From: Phoronis australis
Lineage: Eukaryota; Animalia; Phoronida
Length of the DNA: 64,000 nucleotides
Direction: 5' to 3'
NCBI GenBank assembly: GCA_002633005.1
Contig: NMRA01000090.1
Location: 46,756-110,755, forward strand
Notes under the pieces: generated by a model
Database searches by the model: none
The model's input: the letters and a program-made list of their open reading frames with translations, nothing else
What the model was told of the DNA's origin: nothing
Part shown: piece after piece, positions 25,901-40,900 of the stretch
How positions within the stretch are numbered: the stretch's first letter is position 1
Layout of the letters: each line of letters opens with the position of its first letter
Program-made: the position numbers and the translations under genes

Positions 25901-28900
25901 TGACCCCTAAATCTTTGTTTCTTGATAACTTGTCATCTTTTCTGTGTAACGGTGTTTGTACACTAGTGTACGAACTGTTTTTTAACTTGAAAACTTCATG
26001 TACAAATTAATAGAGACAAAATTGGCCGTATGAACTATTAGAGAAAAAAATCTAGTGTTCAAATTATTAGAGATAAAGATCGACGATAACGAGTGCAGCG
26101 ATGGCCTCCAAGACGGTGGTTTGGCAATGTAAATTAAAATTAAGTTTTTTTCCTGGGTGATGCATTTACTTCAGAACATAATACTAGAAACTTCAAACTT
26201 CAGGAACTATGCCGTGTTCGGAACCTCTGCTTTCTGCAATGTCGTCTGCCGCACTTATTTTCTGACTGAAGTGCACTAGATAAAAGCATGTATTCTAAGA
26301 AATCAGGCCACAGAAATGTGACGGTGGTTTTGCCAACACTCCCAATTCGATTTAGAAGGGAAGCTCTTGGATTTTGAACAATCCTCATACCTCACGGAAA
26401 GGTGTCAAATTCTCCCTATTTTGATGGAATTTCCCCGACTTATTTTTCTGGAAATGTATTTTGCTGGGTTGCCGAGGATGCCATGGCGACGGAAAGGACA
26501 GTGTACCTCATAGGGTTAATTTGCTGCCTACATTACTGCGTATTTGTGTGTGATCTTGAAATAATAAAAACTGCAAGCCAGGTTTTGTTTTAGCAGATTT
26601 TATCAATGTCGCTGGCTGTTCTTGTTGTGTGCCCTGGTGCTTAATTGAAATTTCTCGAAGCTTAGCTTAGTAGAGCAGTAGTCGCTTACCGTATTTCCTA
26701 AAAAGTCAAAGGTGTTATAGGCGAATACTTTATGTGAATGTTTGCGGTAATACGAAATTAAATGACAGCAATAGTAAGAAGTGCTACGTTTTCTGTCGCC
26801 AAAAATGGCGATCTGAAAAACGACTTTTCGAGCTCTATGCTAGCGTAGTAAAGCAAATAACGAATTCCGATCGCCTGAATAGAATTGGCGCTTATTGATT
26901 TGTGTTCTTTTATTCGAATGAAAATTTCCATTTTACCTATCCAGAAAGCTTGTACGAATTATTTTTTCCGACGCAGATATGTGTATGAACTATTTTTCCC
27001 TCGGACGCCTACTGTACGAACTATTGGAGACAAGCGGCATGTTTCAAGGGTCCTGTACGAACTAATAGAGTGTACGAATTAATAGAGAAAACACCGTAGT
27101 TGCATCTTCACATTCATTGTCAATGTTGTTATCATCATCACAATCGATTATCGTTGTCATGACAATCACTGTCTTTTTTGTTAAAATTTCATGAAATATC
27201 ACTTACATTCAGGGTATGTGTTGAATATTGGTGTTCATGTTTCTACTGCTAAGAGGAAGGCTGATGATTTTTGGACAGCTTGGGCTATTGTGGCGCCTCC
27301 TTGTGGCATTTTTGCGTGTATAATTGTATCTCCCAAACCCTTAGCAAGATCATAAATTTGGCAAGTGTCTTTGTGTAAGGTTGGCAACAGACAATGACAA
27401 CATTTGGATGGAATGGATTACAACTATGGATGTTTGATTTTTTTCTGTTTGCCTTTGTATCTTTGGGGTTCTTTGGTGGATTTTCATAAAATTTGGCAAA
27501 TAATGTTGAGATACGATGATACCTTCCCATCTTTGGATGGGTTCAATATGTTCTGAGCCATCTATTGGCCATTTTTATGATACGAATATACATCCCTAGA
27601 AGTACACCATTTATGGCGGAGTCTTTAGTCAATGTCGCTAGCTTTGTTGTGACCTTGAAGATTGTCCTGGCATTGCCATTGGTGTAGCAGTTGTTAGCAT
27701 CTCTTTAATCGTCATCCTTATTTATTTTGATTTTGCCAAATGCCACTTCTTGGCGTGGTTTTACATTGTTAGATTAGAAGAGTACAACAAGAAAAATAGG
27801 TGATTATTTTTTTCTGTTGCCATAGGTTCACCTAAATATCAGTGTCAATTACTGTGACATGTTCTCTGACTTCTGAATATTTAATGGTTTAGCTAAAAAG
27901 TGCATTTAATACCCAAGACCCCAGTTAATGGTTTATTTCCTGACTTCAATTCACTCCTTAACTTAAAGAGGCCTGGAACGCAATCAACAGACTAAATTAC
28001 AATATTGCAAGTGGTTCTCTGAGAATTAAACGGAATTCAACCTGCTCACCAGGCATTTTTAGGATTTGTGCGTAAAAATTTTTCATTTCTGTTCGTATCA
28101 AAGCATTTTCCTTTACTTTCAAATTTCAAAAAACGATCTGTCAACTGCTCGCCATTTCGTCAATTTTTCTCCCTCAAAGCAAAACATGTATCCTTATTTG
28201 GTATGGTAAGACATAGACATAGACATAGACATAGCACATTTCCCTTATATGGAAAATGTGACTTTTGACCTCAAGCGACTTCAAGCTACTGACTGTGAGC
28301 GCATGGAAGGAGATTAGAAACTCTGTGGTAACCACAAAGTTTTTCCTTCGCAGGTATTCAAAAATTGTTAATTTTGTGATTTTTTGGAAATTTCCTCTCG
28401 GGGGAAACTAAATTAATTTGTACTAGACGTTGTGAGATGGTAATTTCTTCCGGAATTGTTTGAAAGATATTTTTGACTTGCTTTTGCGTTCCATGCCTCT
28501 TCAACATATTTCTGTAACAAACATTCTAAATGATACTGCCAGTGCTGTAGTGGGGGTAGGCGCAGCCAACCACCTTTTGTCATTTGAACGTAACGCCCAC
28601 TCACCATAAGTTACGTTCAGTGTTCAAGGTGATGCGGGAGGCTCTGGGCGCCTACTTACCTCTAATTTTATCACTACAGCTCTGGATACTGCTAGGTTAT
28701 CTGAAAACAAGCAAAATTAGTTACATTGATGCTGGTAACCTGCCTTCCGTCACAACTAATAACTTTTGCTTTAGACTGCATATTGTTATAAAATAGGTTT
28801 CAAATTGTTCCGAAGTCAAATTGAAGATGACTTCAGGTCTTACAAAGAACGCCCAGTTTATTATTGCTTGAAATAAGGCTCTCCAAGCTGTCATGCGCTG

Positions 28901-31900
28901 AGTATATTCTTAATGATATACTCTTATCTCTTTGCAAACCTGGATATCACTTCTCATCTAGATGAGGAACAAGTAAGTAGTCAAAATCAAAAGTTCACTT
29001 CTTGCACGCAATGCGGGTTTATACCTACTTTAGATAATTATTGATTTAAGTCAAAACATTTTTCTTTCAGGGAAAGTACATGGATATTGAGTTTGACTTC
29101 AAAGGTGATCCCATTGGAGGTGTCATCACAAATTGTAAGTTTTGCTAGTTATTTTAAAGTTTCCCAACTACAAAGATGCTCAACTTGTGTGTTGTCAGTG
29201 TGTCTGGGGTATTAAGGTTATGTAAGACCTTATTCTCAACTTTATGTATTTAGCCAAATATTTTAACTCAGTAAGAAACTTGAAAACTGGTGGAAATTGA
29301 TTGTTTACTTTTAGTTATAGCAATCTGCCATTGATTTTGTCATGCGACCTTTTTTTAGTTTAATTTAGAAAAATATATTCATAGGAAAAACTAGGATGTC
29401 AAGAACATGGTTAAATTTCGTTTGATGTAAAATGCTGCTAAAATTTTCTGAATTATCATTTTGTTATGCGCCCACATATTTATATGTGGACGCATTATGC
29501 CGTCATCTCCGTCCGTCCGTCCGTCCGTCCGTCCGGGCGGCGTCCTGCGTCTGGCGTCCGGCGTCCGCTGCTCTATCTCCAAAACCCTTTGACATACGTT
29601 CATGAAATTTGGCACATATGTTCCATTCATGAATGGGACGGCATGTGCGAACTTTCGGACGGATCCGACTACCGGTGTGCCCCCTAGTGGCAATTTTAGT
29701 TTTTTACGCTTACCTTTGTATCTTCAAAAGTATTGAACGGATTTTCATGAAATTTGGTATGTAGGCACCTATTAGTGAGATGACGCTATCCTACTGTTTT
29801 CAGATGGATTCGACGTAGTTTGCGCCACCTAGTGGCCATTTTTACTGTTTTCGAGTCTGTATTTTTGCGTCCACCCCTCTATCAACCAAACCGCTCAAAG
29901 GATGATTGTGAAAATTGGCGTGTATGTGCTTACTATAAGGAAGACAGCTGACAATGATTTTCAGACGATTTGGACTACTGTGGCGCCTCCTAGTGGCAGT
30001 TTTTTTTTTTTTGCGCCCATGGCTGTATCTCCCAAACCGTTTGCAGGATCTTTACTAAATTTAGCAAGTGTATTTATGTGATGTTGACAACGGACGATGA
30101 CGACTTTAGGATGATTCTGACTACCGGTATGCCTCTAGTGGCAATTTTAGTATTTGCCTCTAGTGGCAATTTTAGTATTTTACATTGACCTCTGTATTTT
30201 CATAGGTCTTCAGGTGTATACTTTGTGTTACTTCGTGACTATGAAGGAAAAGTTCCAAGTAGAAATTTGTTTCTGGCATTCTAATGCTGTGCTAATCTCG
30301 TATGTTGGTAAATTTGTTTTTAATTCTATGTTTCTGTGGTGCTTTAAGCAACTGGTGTATAGGATGTGCTTGTATTATGAAGATTACTCACATTTTGCCC
30401 CTAGCCTATTGAGGAGACAATGACCATGCCTTTCCATTTTGCTAAGTACAACATACTACATATATGCCCTCTACTGGCCACTTTATGGTACCAATAAACA
30501 ACCCTAGAAGGATACCGTATGCGGTGCAATTGTGGGCGCATTTCAACGCTCTGCGTTGCTCTTGTTTTTGTTTTATGGAATTTTTTATTTTCATCATAAA
30601 ATCATGGAAGTCCTATTTCTGATTGCCCCTCAAGCAAGGTAGGACAGTTGTTTCTGTCAGTGAGTTAATAATGTTGCGAAGTTTGTCAAATTTTCACATT
30701 TTTCTAGGGTTTTACACAACCTTAAAATAAACTGTGTGATGGAAACTTTATAAACAAACTGTCATTCTATGGTTTATATACACTGTCATTCTATGGTTTA
30801 TGTACACTAACTGTTATGTTCTATGGTTGATATACACGAACTGTCACATTCTATACTTTATATACACAACTGTCACATTCTATGATTTATGTACACAAAC
30901 TGTCACATTCTATGGTTTATGCAGTGCTACACAAACTGTCCCATTCTAATGTGTTTGTACACAAACTGTTGTGTGCTATGGTTTATGTACACAAACTGTC
31001 ACATTCTATGGTTTATATACACAAACTGTCACATTCTAGGATTTATGTACACAAACTGTCACATTCTATGGTTTATATACACAAACTGTCACATTCTATG
31101 GTTTATGTAGTGCTACACAAACTGTCCCATTCTAAGGTGTATGTACACAAACTGTTGTGTGCAGTGGTTTATGTACACAAACTGTCACATTCTATGATTT
31201 ATGTACACAAACTGTCACATTCTATGGTTTATGTAGTGCTACACAAACTGTCCCATTCCAAGGTGTATATACACAAACTGTTGTTTGCTATGGTTTATGT
31301 ATACAAACTGTCACATTCTATGGTTTATATACACAAACTGTCACATTCTATTGTTTATGTACACAAACTGTCACATTTTGTAGTTTATGTACGCAAACTT
31401 TCACATTCTATGGGATATATAATACACAAACTCATATTCTACCATTTATTTATCATGCAGTAGTGGTGATGCCTCAGGCTACAAGTGATCCTTATCAGTT
31501 ACCATATCCTTTCAGTGCCTGAAATGAGGCGACTGATGAATTATCATTTTAAAGTCTTTATATGCTGTGTATAGTCTATTTTACTTCTTGTAAAAATTTC
31601 CCACTGAGGCTACTTGAAAATCAGTGTTTTTTCACTGAAGTGGTCACGCAGTCTTTTAAAGAATTTTAAATAAATAAATAAATAGTCTTTCAGTTGGTAA
31701 ATGCTCATTATTATGCACTCACTGTGGGCGCATATTACTGTCATCTCTGTCAGGGCATCTGATGTCTGGCGTCTGCGGCTATATCTCCTAAACCCCTGAA
31801 GGATCTTATTGAAATTTAGTATGTGTGTTCCTATAGGGCTGACTACAGAAACTGACAAGTTTTGGGCCAACACAAATACCACTGTGCCCCCTTAGTGGCA

Positions 31901-34900
31901 ATTTATTTTTCATATTTGCCTCTGCATCTTCGAAGTGCCTTGATGCATTTTCATGAAATTGGGCAAATAGGTTTGTAATATGTAGGCGATGATGCTATTT
32001 TTTTAGATGGAGTCGACGGGTTATACGCCACCTTGTAGCCTTTTCTGTTATTTTGCTTCCTGTTTTCTGGCGTCCGCCATTCTATCTGCCGTACCACTCA
32101 CAGGATCATCGTGAAAATTTACAGATGTGTTGCTGATGAGAAGAAAAATTGATGATGACTTTCGGATGGTCCGGCTACTGTGTCACCCCTTAAGTGATTT
32201 TTTTGCATCTGTGGCCGAATCTCCTTAGCCCTTTGAAAGATCATAATGAGATTTTGCAGAATGATGTGTTCCTTTAAAGCTGACAAGTGACGACCACAAG
32301 ATTCGGACCTATTCAACTGTGGCTCTGCCCCCCTAGTGGCAATTTTAGTTTGGAGTTCCTGGATGGATTTGCATGAAGTTTGTCAAATAGGTTTCTAGTA
32401 AAGAGATGGCGACGTCTTCCTGTTTTCGGACATATTTGGTGTATTTTGTGCCTCCTGGTAGCAAAATTGAGTACATTTTTGACGTCCACCTTAAGTTTGT
32501 ATCTGCCAAATTTCTCAAAGGATTGTTATGAAAATTGGCATATGCATTTCTGATGAGTTCACTGTGGCTGACACTGATTTTCAGACAGGTTCGACTACTG
32601 TGGCAACCCCTAGAGGCATTTTTTGTGTCTGCGGCTGTATCTTCTTAACTCCAAGGATGATTTTGAAAATTGGCATTCATGTTTCTGCTGTGAAGAGGGT
32701 GGCTGATGATGATTTGTGGACACCTCGGACTAGTGTGGCACCTCCTAGTGGCAGGTTGTTTTGCATTTGTATTTCCAGAGTTTGTTTTTGTATATTCATG
32801 AAATTGACAGTCTGTTTCTATTAAGGAGACAACAACGCCTTCGCTTTTTGGACAGATCTGGTGTTTTCTGTGCCACCTGGTGGCCATTTAAAATTACGCT
32901 TTTGACATCTATCTCTCTATCTGCCAAACCACTCGACGGATCATTATGAAAATTGATGGGCCTTATTTTAGATCCCAATCTTAAATTTAATATGCACATA
33001 GATCATATCACAAAGAAATTATCAAAGAAAATCGGTGTACTTAAACGTCTAGGCAAATTTCTTAATGTCCGTACCCTTAAGACCCTTTACCATTGTATTA
33101 TTCAGCCTCATATTGATTATTGTTTACCGGTTTGGGGGCACACTAGTGACACACTTGTAAACAAAGTCCAAGTAATCCAAAATAGAGCCGCCAGGGCTAT
33201 CCTGGGTACTAAAATTAGGGACACTAGGGTTGACGACTTGTACTCCAAGCTGGGATTTATGAAAGTAAGACAAAGAAATAAATATCTCTCTGCCTGTTGT
33301 ATATACAGATGTATCAATGGCTTGGCTCCAGCATATCTCAGCAGTAAATTCAATAGCAGTCAGGCTGTTTATTCTACACGTTCTTCTGTTGCTGGCAATG
33401 TTTCTTCTAAAAAAATTAAAACCGAGACTGGCAAGAGATCTTTTATCTATGCAGCTGCTATAATATGGAATTCTTTTAGCCCAGAAATTAAACGGTCCAA
33501 CTCAATTACTACCTTTAAAGTTAATGTTAAAAAGTGGCTGTAATTTACTTAACCTTTTATACCCTGCCTATCTTAATCATGTCATTTTTTCATTGTCGTA
33601 AATACTCTCATTGTCTGGAGTCATCTCTTAATTTATTTCATCTGTCTTAGTTAATTTTTTACCATTAATTGTCATTTAGTTATTGTCTTAATTCTCAACC
33701 TTAACTGTTTTAATTGTATCTTTGTTACGTATATTTCATTGTTGTTTTATTACTTCATTGTATTATGTTACTGTTTTTCTTGTTGAGGGCCCTCTTGGAA
33801 AGCAGTGCTATCACTGAAGAGGCCACCCTCATTTTAAATATCACAATAATAAATAAATAAATAAATAATAAAGGTTGTGTTTCTGATACAAAGACCCCAC
33901 CTGACGTTGATTTTCGGATGTTTTTTGACTGTAGGGGCCATTTTTCTGCATTTACAGCTGTATCTTCTTAATCCTTTAAGGAATTTTTACGAAATTTGGC
34001 AGATGGGCGCCTCTAGACATGGCAACAGATAGCAATAATTTTCGACCAATCAGACTATAGCTGTGCCCCTATTGTTAATTGTTTTTTATGTTTATCTCTA
34101 AATTTTAGGAGTTCCTTGGCTTATTTTCATGAAATTTTGGAAAATTGGGTATTACAGAGACGGCACCCTTCAATGCGGATGGGTTGACACATTCTGCCCC
34201 ATCTAATGGCCATTTTTGTGATACTTAAAGCTCCGTAGAGGCATTCCGTTTGCAGTGCTGTCATGGGCGCAATTCAATGATCCACGTTGCTCTTGTTTTA
34301 TGTTCTGTTAGCAAGTTGTCCCAGAGTTTAAACCATTTTTGACGGTAACTCCTGACTTGCAACTCTGCATGTAGAACAATTTTCTGTAACTGTAGCCTTG
34401 TCATAACTCAATTTACAGTTTCGTTTGACATTTGATTCACCGTTTACATAAGCGTGTGACATGAAAATGGTTAATCTCATAAACTCACAGCAAATTTGAC
34501 TTAAAATTCATTAGTAACAGTCACCTTTGGGGTTGAAATTTACAAACTGAATGCCTGTGTATTTACAAACTGAATGTCTGTATTATTATTTACAGTGAAT
34601 GCCTCTAGTATATTTCTGCGCAATGTTCATGTAGGGGATTTAAACAATGGCATGCAACTTTGTGATCTGCTGATTTCTTGATGTTATAGTTATAGCAACA
34701 AGTTTACTTTTTTAGGTCACTGTTTTCATGTTAATCTTTGAGTCAATATTGAACTTATGGTTATACCAAACACTTTGTCTGTGTTGGATGATTCATTTCA
34801 TATTGAGACAGTATTGAATGTCAGTGTTCTGTATTATTGCAGTGAGCCTGATCTTCCTCTTTATTATTATTTTCTTTGTATAACAACTTGGCTTTAAAAC

Positions 34901-37900
34901 CTATGAGATGAAGTTGCCATTTGTATTACTTATTTAAAGTTATGACATGTTTTAGTTCACCATATGCTATGTAGAAATGTAATATTAACCTGAAAAACAA
35001 ACAAAATTAAAGTGGTACTTTCCTGACTGCAATTCAATTTTTTTACCAAGCCAAAAGGTCATGTAATGAACTTACCCAAGTTCTACTGTTATTTGTTCAA
35101 TTCTCACCTTTGAAACAATGACCACTTCCTAATCTTCAAAAGGTTTACTTTCAGCGAGCTGCATGACAGCCCAGTCTGTTGGTTTATTGAAAGATCCAAC
35201 AAAGTGTTTAAATGCAGTCACAACTGTTTCAGCACCAAAAATGCATGCAGTTTGATTAAAGGTTATTAACAGTCAATGAGGAAGGCTGAAGGAGGATCAT
35301 GGTATTGTCACTTGTCTAAACAATGAAAATGATGCCTACTGGCTCTGTAAGTGACAGTGTGGTTTTGTTTGTTGTATCTTTAATCATATTTAATTTTCTA
35401 ATTCCAGATTTGCTTGAAAAAGTAAGTATCCACTTATAATTGTTCATTAGTTTGTCTTTGAGTTAGAATGTTGGATCCTGACAAGTGATAGTTGATTTTA
35501 ATCCTCATTATGCAATGTTTTCATGAAAAATGTCAATCAATTATAATTTTGGTAATTCCAGTATTGCATTTTTACCCGAGTTCAAGTTTTGATCTCCTCA
35601 GGATATCTAAAATGCAAAAAGCTCTTAAAAAGCCACAAAGTTTAAAATGCAATTTGACTCAAAGTTGCAAAGGTTTACTCACAGCACCAGGTTGTGGCTT
35701 CATGTCACAAAATGAGTCCATTGAGGAAACTGAAAACAAAACTGTTTAACTTTCCTACTGGTTTACAAAAGAGTTCCTTTTGCAGTCTCGAGTAGCAGTG
35801 CACAGTCGAGGGGAGAGAAGTTTCCACATTTTCTATCAGTTGCTGTCTGGTGCCGATAACTGCTTGCTGGGTGAGTAGATGTCTGGGGTAGGCTATTGTG
35901 GCCATAAACATTAATACTATAGACCGGGCGCATGCGCTACTGCAGCTGACAACTTGACACCATATTGGAGAGTGCTACTAGTCACGTGACATGGCTAATT
36001 GCCGTGTAAACAATCGGGGTAAATTGTCCTTTTCAAAGCGCGATATCTAACAAAGAAAGAGACCGAAGAGTGTGATTTTTTCCAGAAACATGCAAAAACA
36101 TTTCATGTAGCACTTACATGCGTTTTTTAAGAGCGAATCAGTCGATAAGGAAAACATCAAACCATTAGAAGATCGCAACCAGTGGCAGATTCTCGGGTGG
36201 CCTGAGCGGCTGCATGCCTGTCAATCCACTACGAGCATCTTATTTTTTCGTTTTTTTCAAGAGAAACCACTATGATTGCGCAAATTTATCATTTAATCCG
36301 TGTCGCTCAATGCAAATACATTATATCCAGGAGACGTGCTGCTCACTGAGGATGTACTTTCGTAGTGCCCAAGTAGGCCTTTTCACTGCGTGTTGAACTG
36401 GCAATGACCCCGGGAAACTTTGTAAAATTAAAATATGACCCGGGTCACTTTTAATGGGGTCTAAATTTAATGTGAACTACAGCACTGTGAATAATGACCT
36501 CAGTTGGGGTCATATAAATAAAGGACAGGTTTCAAGTTCATTAGGGCGTTCTCCCGTTCAGTACAGTGGTTGTGAGTGTGTGATAGCATCTAGCTCCTAT
36601 GTTAACTGCCGAGCATAGTCTTTTGTCTGGTAGGACAACATGCAGATAAATTATATATGAGGCTTATAATCAGTCGCATGTGAACACAGTCAAACCCAGT
36701 ACCTTGGTACGAAGCTCGGACAGTATAGATTGTCTCAACTTCAGTTGTAGTTGAGCGATTTTGGCGATTCAAAACTATATATAAGCTTGATTGGTATTTG
36801 ATGGGCAATTCAGAAATTTCAATGGTTTATGTTCAAACAGTTTATAACTTAACTTGTTTTCAACAGCACAGCCAGTGAGGAGATAAGATACGATCCTATT
36901 GGAGATTAGAGCAATTATCGAACAAAAGAGAGCTGACCCTCCAACCCTAATTGCCAGAATGTCACTGAGTGTTAGACACTGGCTACAGGGGTCATCCGCA
37001 CAACTTGTTGTGATATACAACTTAACAAGTTAGACTCAACAGGAGAATGCCTTACGTAATGTAAAAGGCAAAGAACACAGACTCAGTTCCTTTCCTGTGC
37101 TTCGCTCAGAATTTCCAACGTACAAATATTCTTCTCTCATGCACGGTATTCCTCTCTCACGGATCTGCAGTCCCCCCGATCAAGCACCAGACAGTTGTTG
37201 GTGTTTTGTAGTATCCCCACACCGTGTAATGGTGTGCTCACAAAGAGATCAGCCCCGCTCCCACACATTATTTCGGTTCCTATCCATCCCCGCCCTTAAT
37301 CTGATATATGTATTGCGCGACCATCAGCCGAGAAATTTAAAAATAAATTCTCTCCATTGAATCAGGACAGGACAAGTTTTTACGGACTAGGGGTCATTTT
37401 TTCATGTGCTGAAAATTTTTCAAAATAAATTTAGACCCTGTGAAAAAACTATCGGGCTCATTTTTCACGGGTTCATAACTAATGCTTCATCGGTTCGGTT
37501 GGGTGTATTTCCATTCAGTTTCGAGTGGGAAATTCAGTATTTTGGGCAAAGCTTGGATGCGCATTTCATTCGTAGTGGTTTGGTATTTTGGTTGCTATGC
37601 ATTTTACTTTTGTGGGGTACACGGAAAAATGCGGTTCGACTGTGTACGAGGTGGTTTGTAGGAACAGAACAAGAGATGAGTCTTGACGAGTATATTGAAG
37701 ACTGCAAACAGTTACATAAGTAGGAACAACTCTCAATGTGGAGAAACAACTACTAAATCAACTTATGCTGAAGCTACTACATGAAATACAATTCACTTAG
37801 TGAAAGTGATATATATATTAGAGAGACTGGAGAAACTCGAATTAACCAATCAAATAAGACAAAGAAATTAGGGATGCAGAATTCTGACAAACAAACAGTT

Positions 37901-40900
37901 CTAGGAATGGGAAGTATTACTCATCTTCTGCTCTAAGAAAGCGGTGATCAACAACAACAGTAAGTGATGTAATACGATGACTAAACTAAATGATGCAAAA
38001 ACACAATAACACATTCTGCGACAACTTTTTGCGCAAGTTTCGTCACAAAACGGAGAGCTCGTAAGCAAGCAGTGCAAATCCAGTACAAAATTTCCAATAT
38101 CAACGTCACCATTAAGTACAGATTTTGCAGGGATTTGCTTGTTTTGATACAACAGAAAACATCTGATTTCGGAATACATATTAAGAAAATAAATGTGTTT
38201 TTAAAGCATTATATATTTCAATAGAGAATACACTATTTATTCACTTAGATGTACTGATTTCGATGGCTCAGTGGCGAGTAAATTCAAGGATGTTATTTTT
38301 CAGGACAAGTAAAAATACATATGATTGTCATTACTACCAAATATTTACTTAATAAGTATAATTAACAAACAGCATCATCATTGGATAACAGCATATGCTG
38401 GTCAATAATTATTTTTTTAATTGATCTTATATGGTCTCAATAACCAAGACTGATGTGAAAACCACGCATATAGTCGCTCCGCTTAAACTATGGTGGCAGA
38501 ACATAAAAACCTAGTTGCAGCATCACTAAACTCCATGGCTGAACCAAAAAACCTGTGACTTAAAGGCAGGACCAAAAATCTTAACTCTTTGGATGCAAGC
38601 ATAACACTGCGAGCCTGCCGATTTTCTGACTGATGCCGTAGAGCTCCCATTGTTTTCTGCCATTTTTGTCCTGTGTAGCGCTCTCTAATATGGTGTCATA
38701 TTGACAACGCGAGCTGCATAAATCTGAGTGGCGCGTGCCCGGTCTATGTGATGTCTATGATTGTGGTGGTCTTTACTTAAACTGCTCATACAAATTGAGG
38801 GTAAATATCAAGATAAAAAGACGAATGTGGTTCAAATTTGATTTAACCAGAACCTTCTGAGTATTGCGTTCTTTGTCAGCGTTAGATGACTGAGGAAATT
38901 AGGCTAAGTTGAACAATATTGTATGTGCCTTCGTACCACATTCATACGGTTAGAGTGGTGCTGCAAATGTCAAAGCCTGTCACTTGGAATTTCTGGCGTT
39001 GACACCACTGCACTTGCCTGTAAGCAACAGTTATGTAGTTTTAGAATGTTTTCACTGGACAGGGAAGTGGAACCCTTGCCAAACAGCATCTGCTGTGCCA
39101 GAATAGCGTTGAGTGGACTAATTACAATACATATTGGGTTCCAATCGGACTTCTGTATGCATGCATATGTGGGGGTGCTGATCATTTTGCAGCCATCTTT
39201 AATACGCAGCTTCATACAGGCAAGTTATTACTTGGTGAAATTTATTTTCTCCAAGTGTGTTACTCTGCCGTGAAGTGAGTTTGCTTCCTTGCTTGTTTGT
39301 TTTTTTGTTTGCATGATACAGGCTACATTTCTCGTCAGATTGACAAGAAAGTCATACACATCATGTTACTCAACTACTCGAGGCCTATCGTTTTGGTTGA
39401 AATCTGACATAAGGTGGCGCTGTGAATGGTCTAGCATTGTAGTTCATTGACAGATTCTTCTGAAACTTGGTGTGTAGCTAGATCTCGTCTAGTGCTCTCA
39501 GAATTGTGTCTTCTATGCTACGACCCTCTGTTCTTAATATTCTGGTTATTCAAGATTTTCCAATGACTTCTCATGGAATATCAATTGTGTCCTTTGACTA
39601 ATCTATCCGACACTGGGTACGCGAATAGATCTTGTCAGGTGTTACAATAAGCTAAGAGATAGTTTGTGGCTCCGACTTGGAATCATTTGAGATCACCGAT
39701 TACGCTTCTCGGGCTTCAGGGCAATCATACATGCGTCTCAGGGTTCAAGTACAGAATGGAATCTATACTCTTCCAGTTATTTGCATGGCTAATTGACAGG
39801 AAATTTACATACAGCATGTGCCTCGTTAATAATTCCTGGCCTAATGTTATTGGTTCAAATTGGATGCAAGATGGCACTGTGGCTACCGCTTTTTAAGTTT
39901 TCGGTTAATGGAGCGTTATCTCTGGTGTACGTGTGTGGAACTTTCTAAAATTTGGTATTTGAGTAGGTCTTGTCGAGTGCTTTCTGTATACCGTAGATCA
40001 TCTGTTTTTCACTACGACTTTCTTGAGTTATTCAATATTTTTTGATAACTTCTCTTTAATGTATTGGTTTTCCGTGCCATAACTTCTGCATCGTTTGACG
40101 GATATACCTGAAATTTGGTGGATAGATCCTGCCAGGTGCAATATGTGGCATTCATTTGGTTTCTTGCACTGTCTTACTGTTCTCCAGGTTTTTCAAGATT
40201 TATTGTTCGGATAATGAATTAAGTTTATTATTTTAGAATTGCATATTTGTTGATCTAATGTGCTACAGATCACTTTTTGTCCAATCAAATGAAAGTTATA
40301 CACAACATGTGTCCTGCTAAGAGCTGTGAAGGTGATGAGTGAAAGTGGAAGGCTGCCAACTACCATACTGTTAGTGAGAATGTCTGTGTATCAGGAATAG
40401 ACTGATACTGTTCCTAGTTTAATTATTGTGTTCTATTTTTCTGTTTGTGCACTAGCAGATAGGACTTGATTGACATGACCCATGAGATCAGGACAGCATG
40501 GTTGTGATTTGTTTACAATTGTATGGTAGGGAACATTCTGGAAGATTCTAAGGTGTTAGTGATTAATGTAGTCTGGAGCATTCTAGAGCCAACTATATGT
40601 TTGTAGAATGATGGAATAGATTCTGGGAAGTTCTAGAATGTGCTTGAATTGGTGAAAAATTGCAGAACATTGGAAGAGACTATAAATACCCAGGAATGGG
40701 GTAGTTGGAGTTGGAGTTAGTTAGTTACAATAGAGCTACAGTTGAGTTGCAGTGAAGAAAATCAAAAGTTACAGCGATTTTCAATAGAGAGCTTTAGAGA
40801 TATCAGGTTATTGAATCAACGAGTTGCTAGAAGTGTCTCAGATGTTCATCACAAGCCAAGGATTTGCAGCACTGGGTGGAGCACAGAACAGACAATACGT

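Noticed and set aside
27963-29032. Possible Kolobok element (TTAAAGAGG ... CCTACTTTAG)
   Set aside because: TIR match too weak to support.
30882-31463. 193-aa HKLSHSMVY repeat ORF
   Set aside because: Translation of a 30-bp intronic minisatellite; no splice or homology support.
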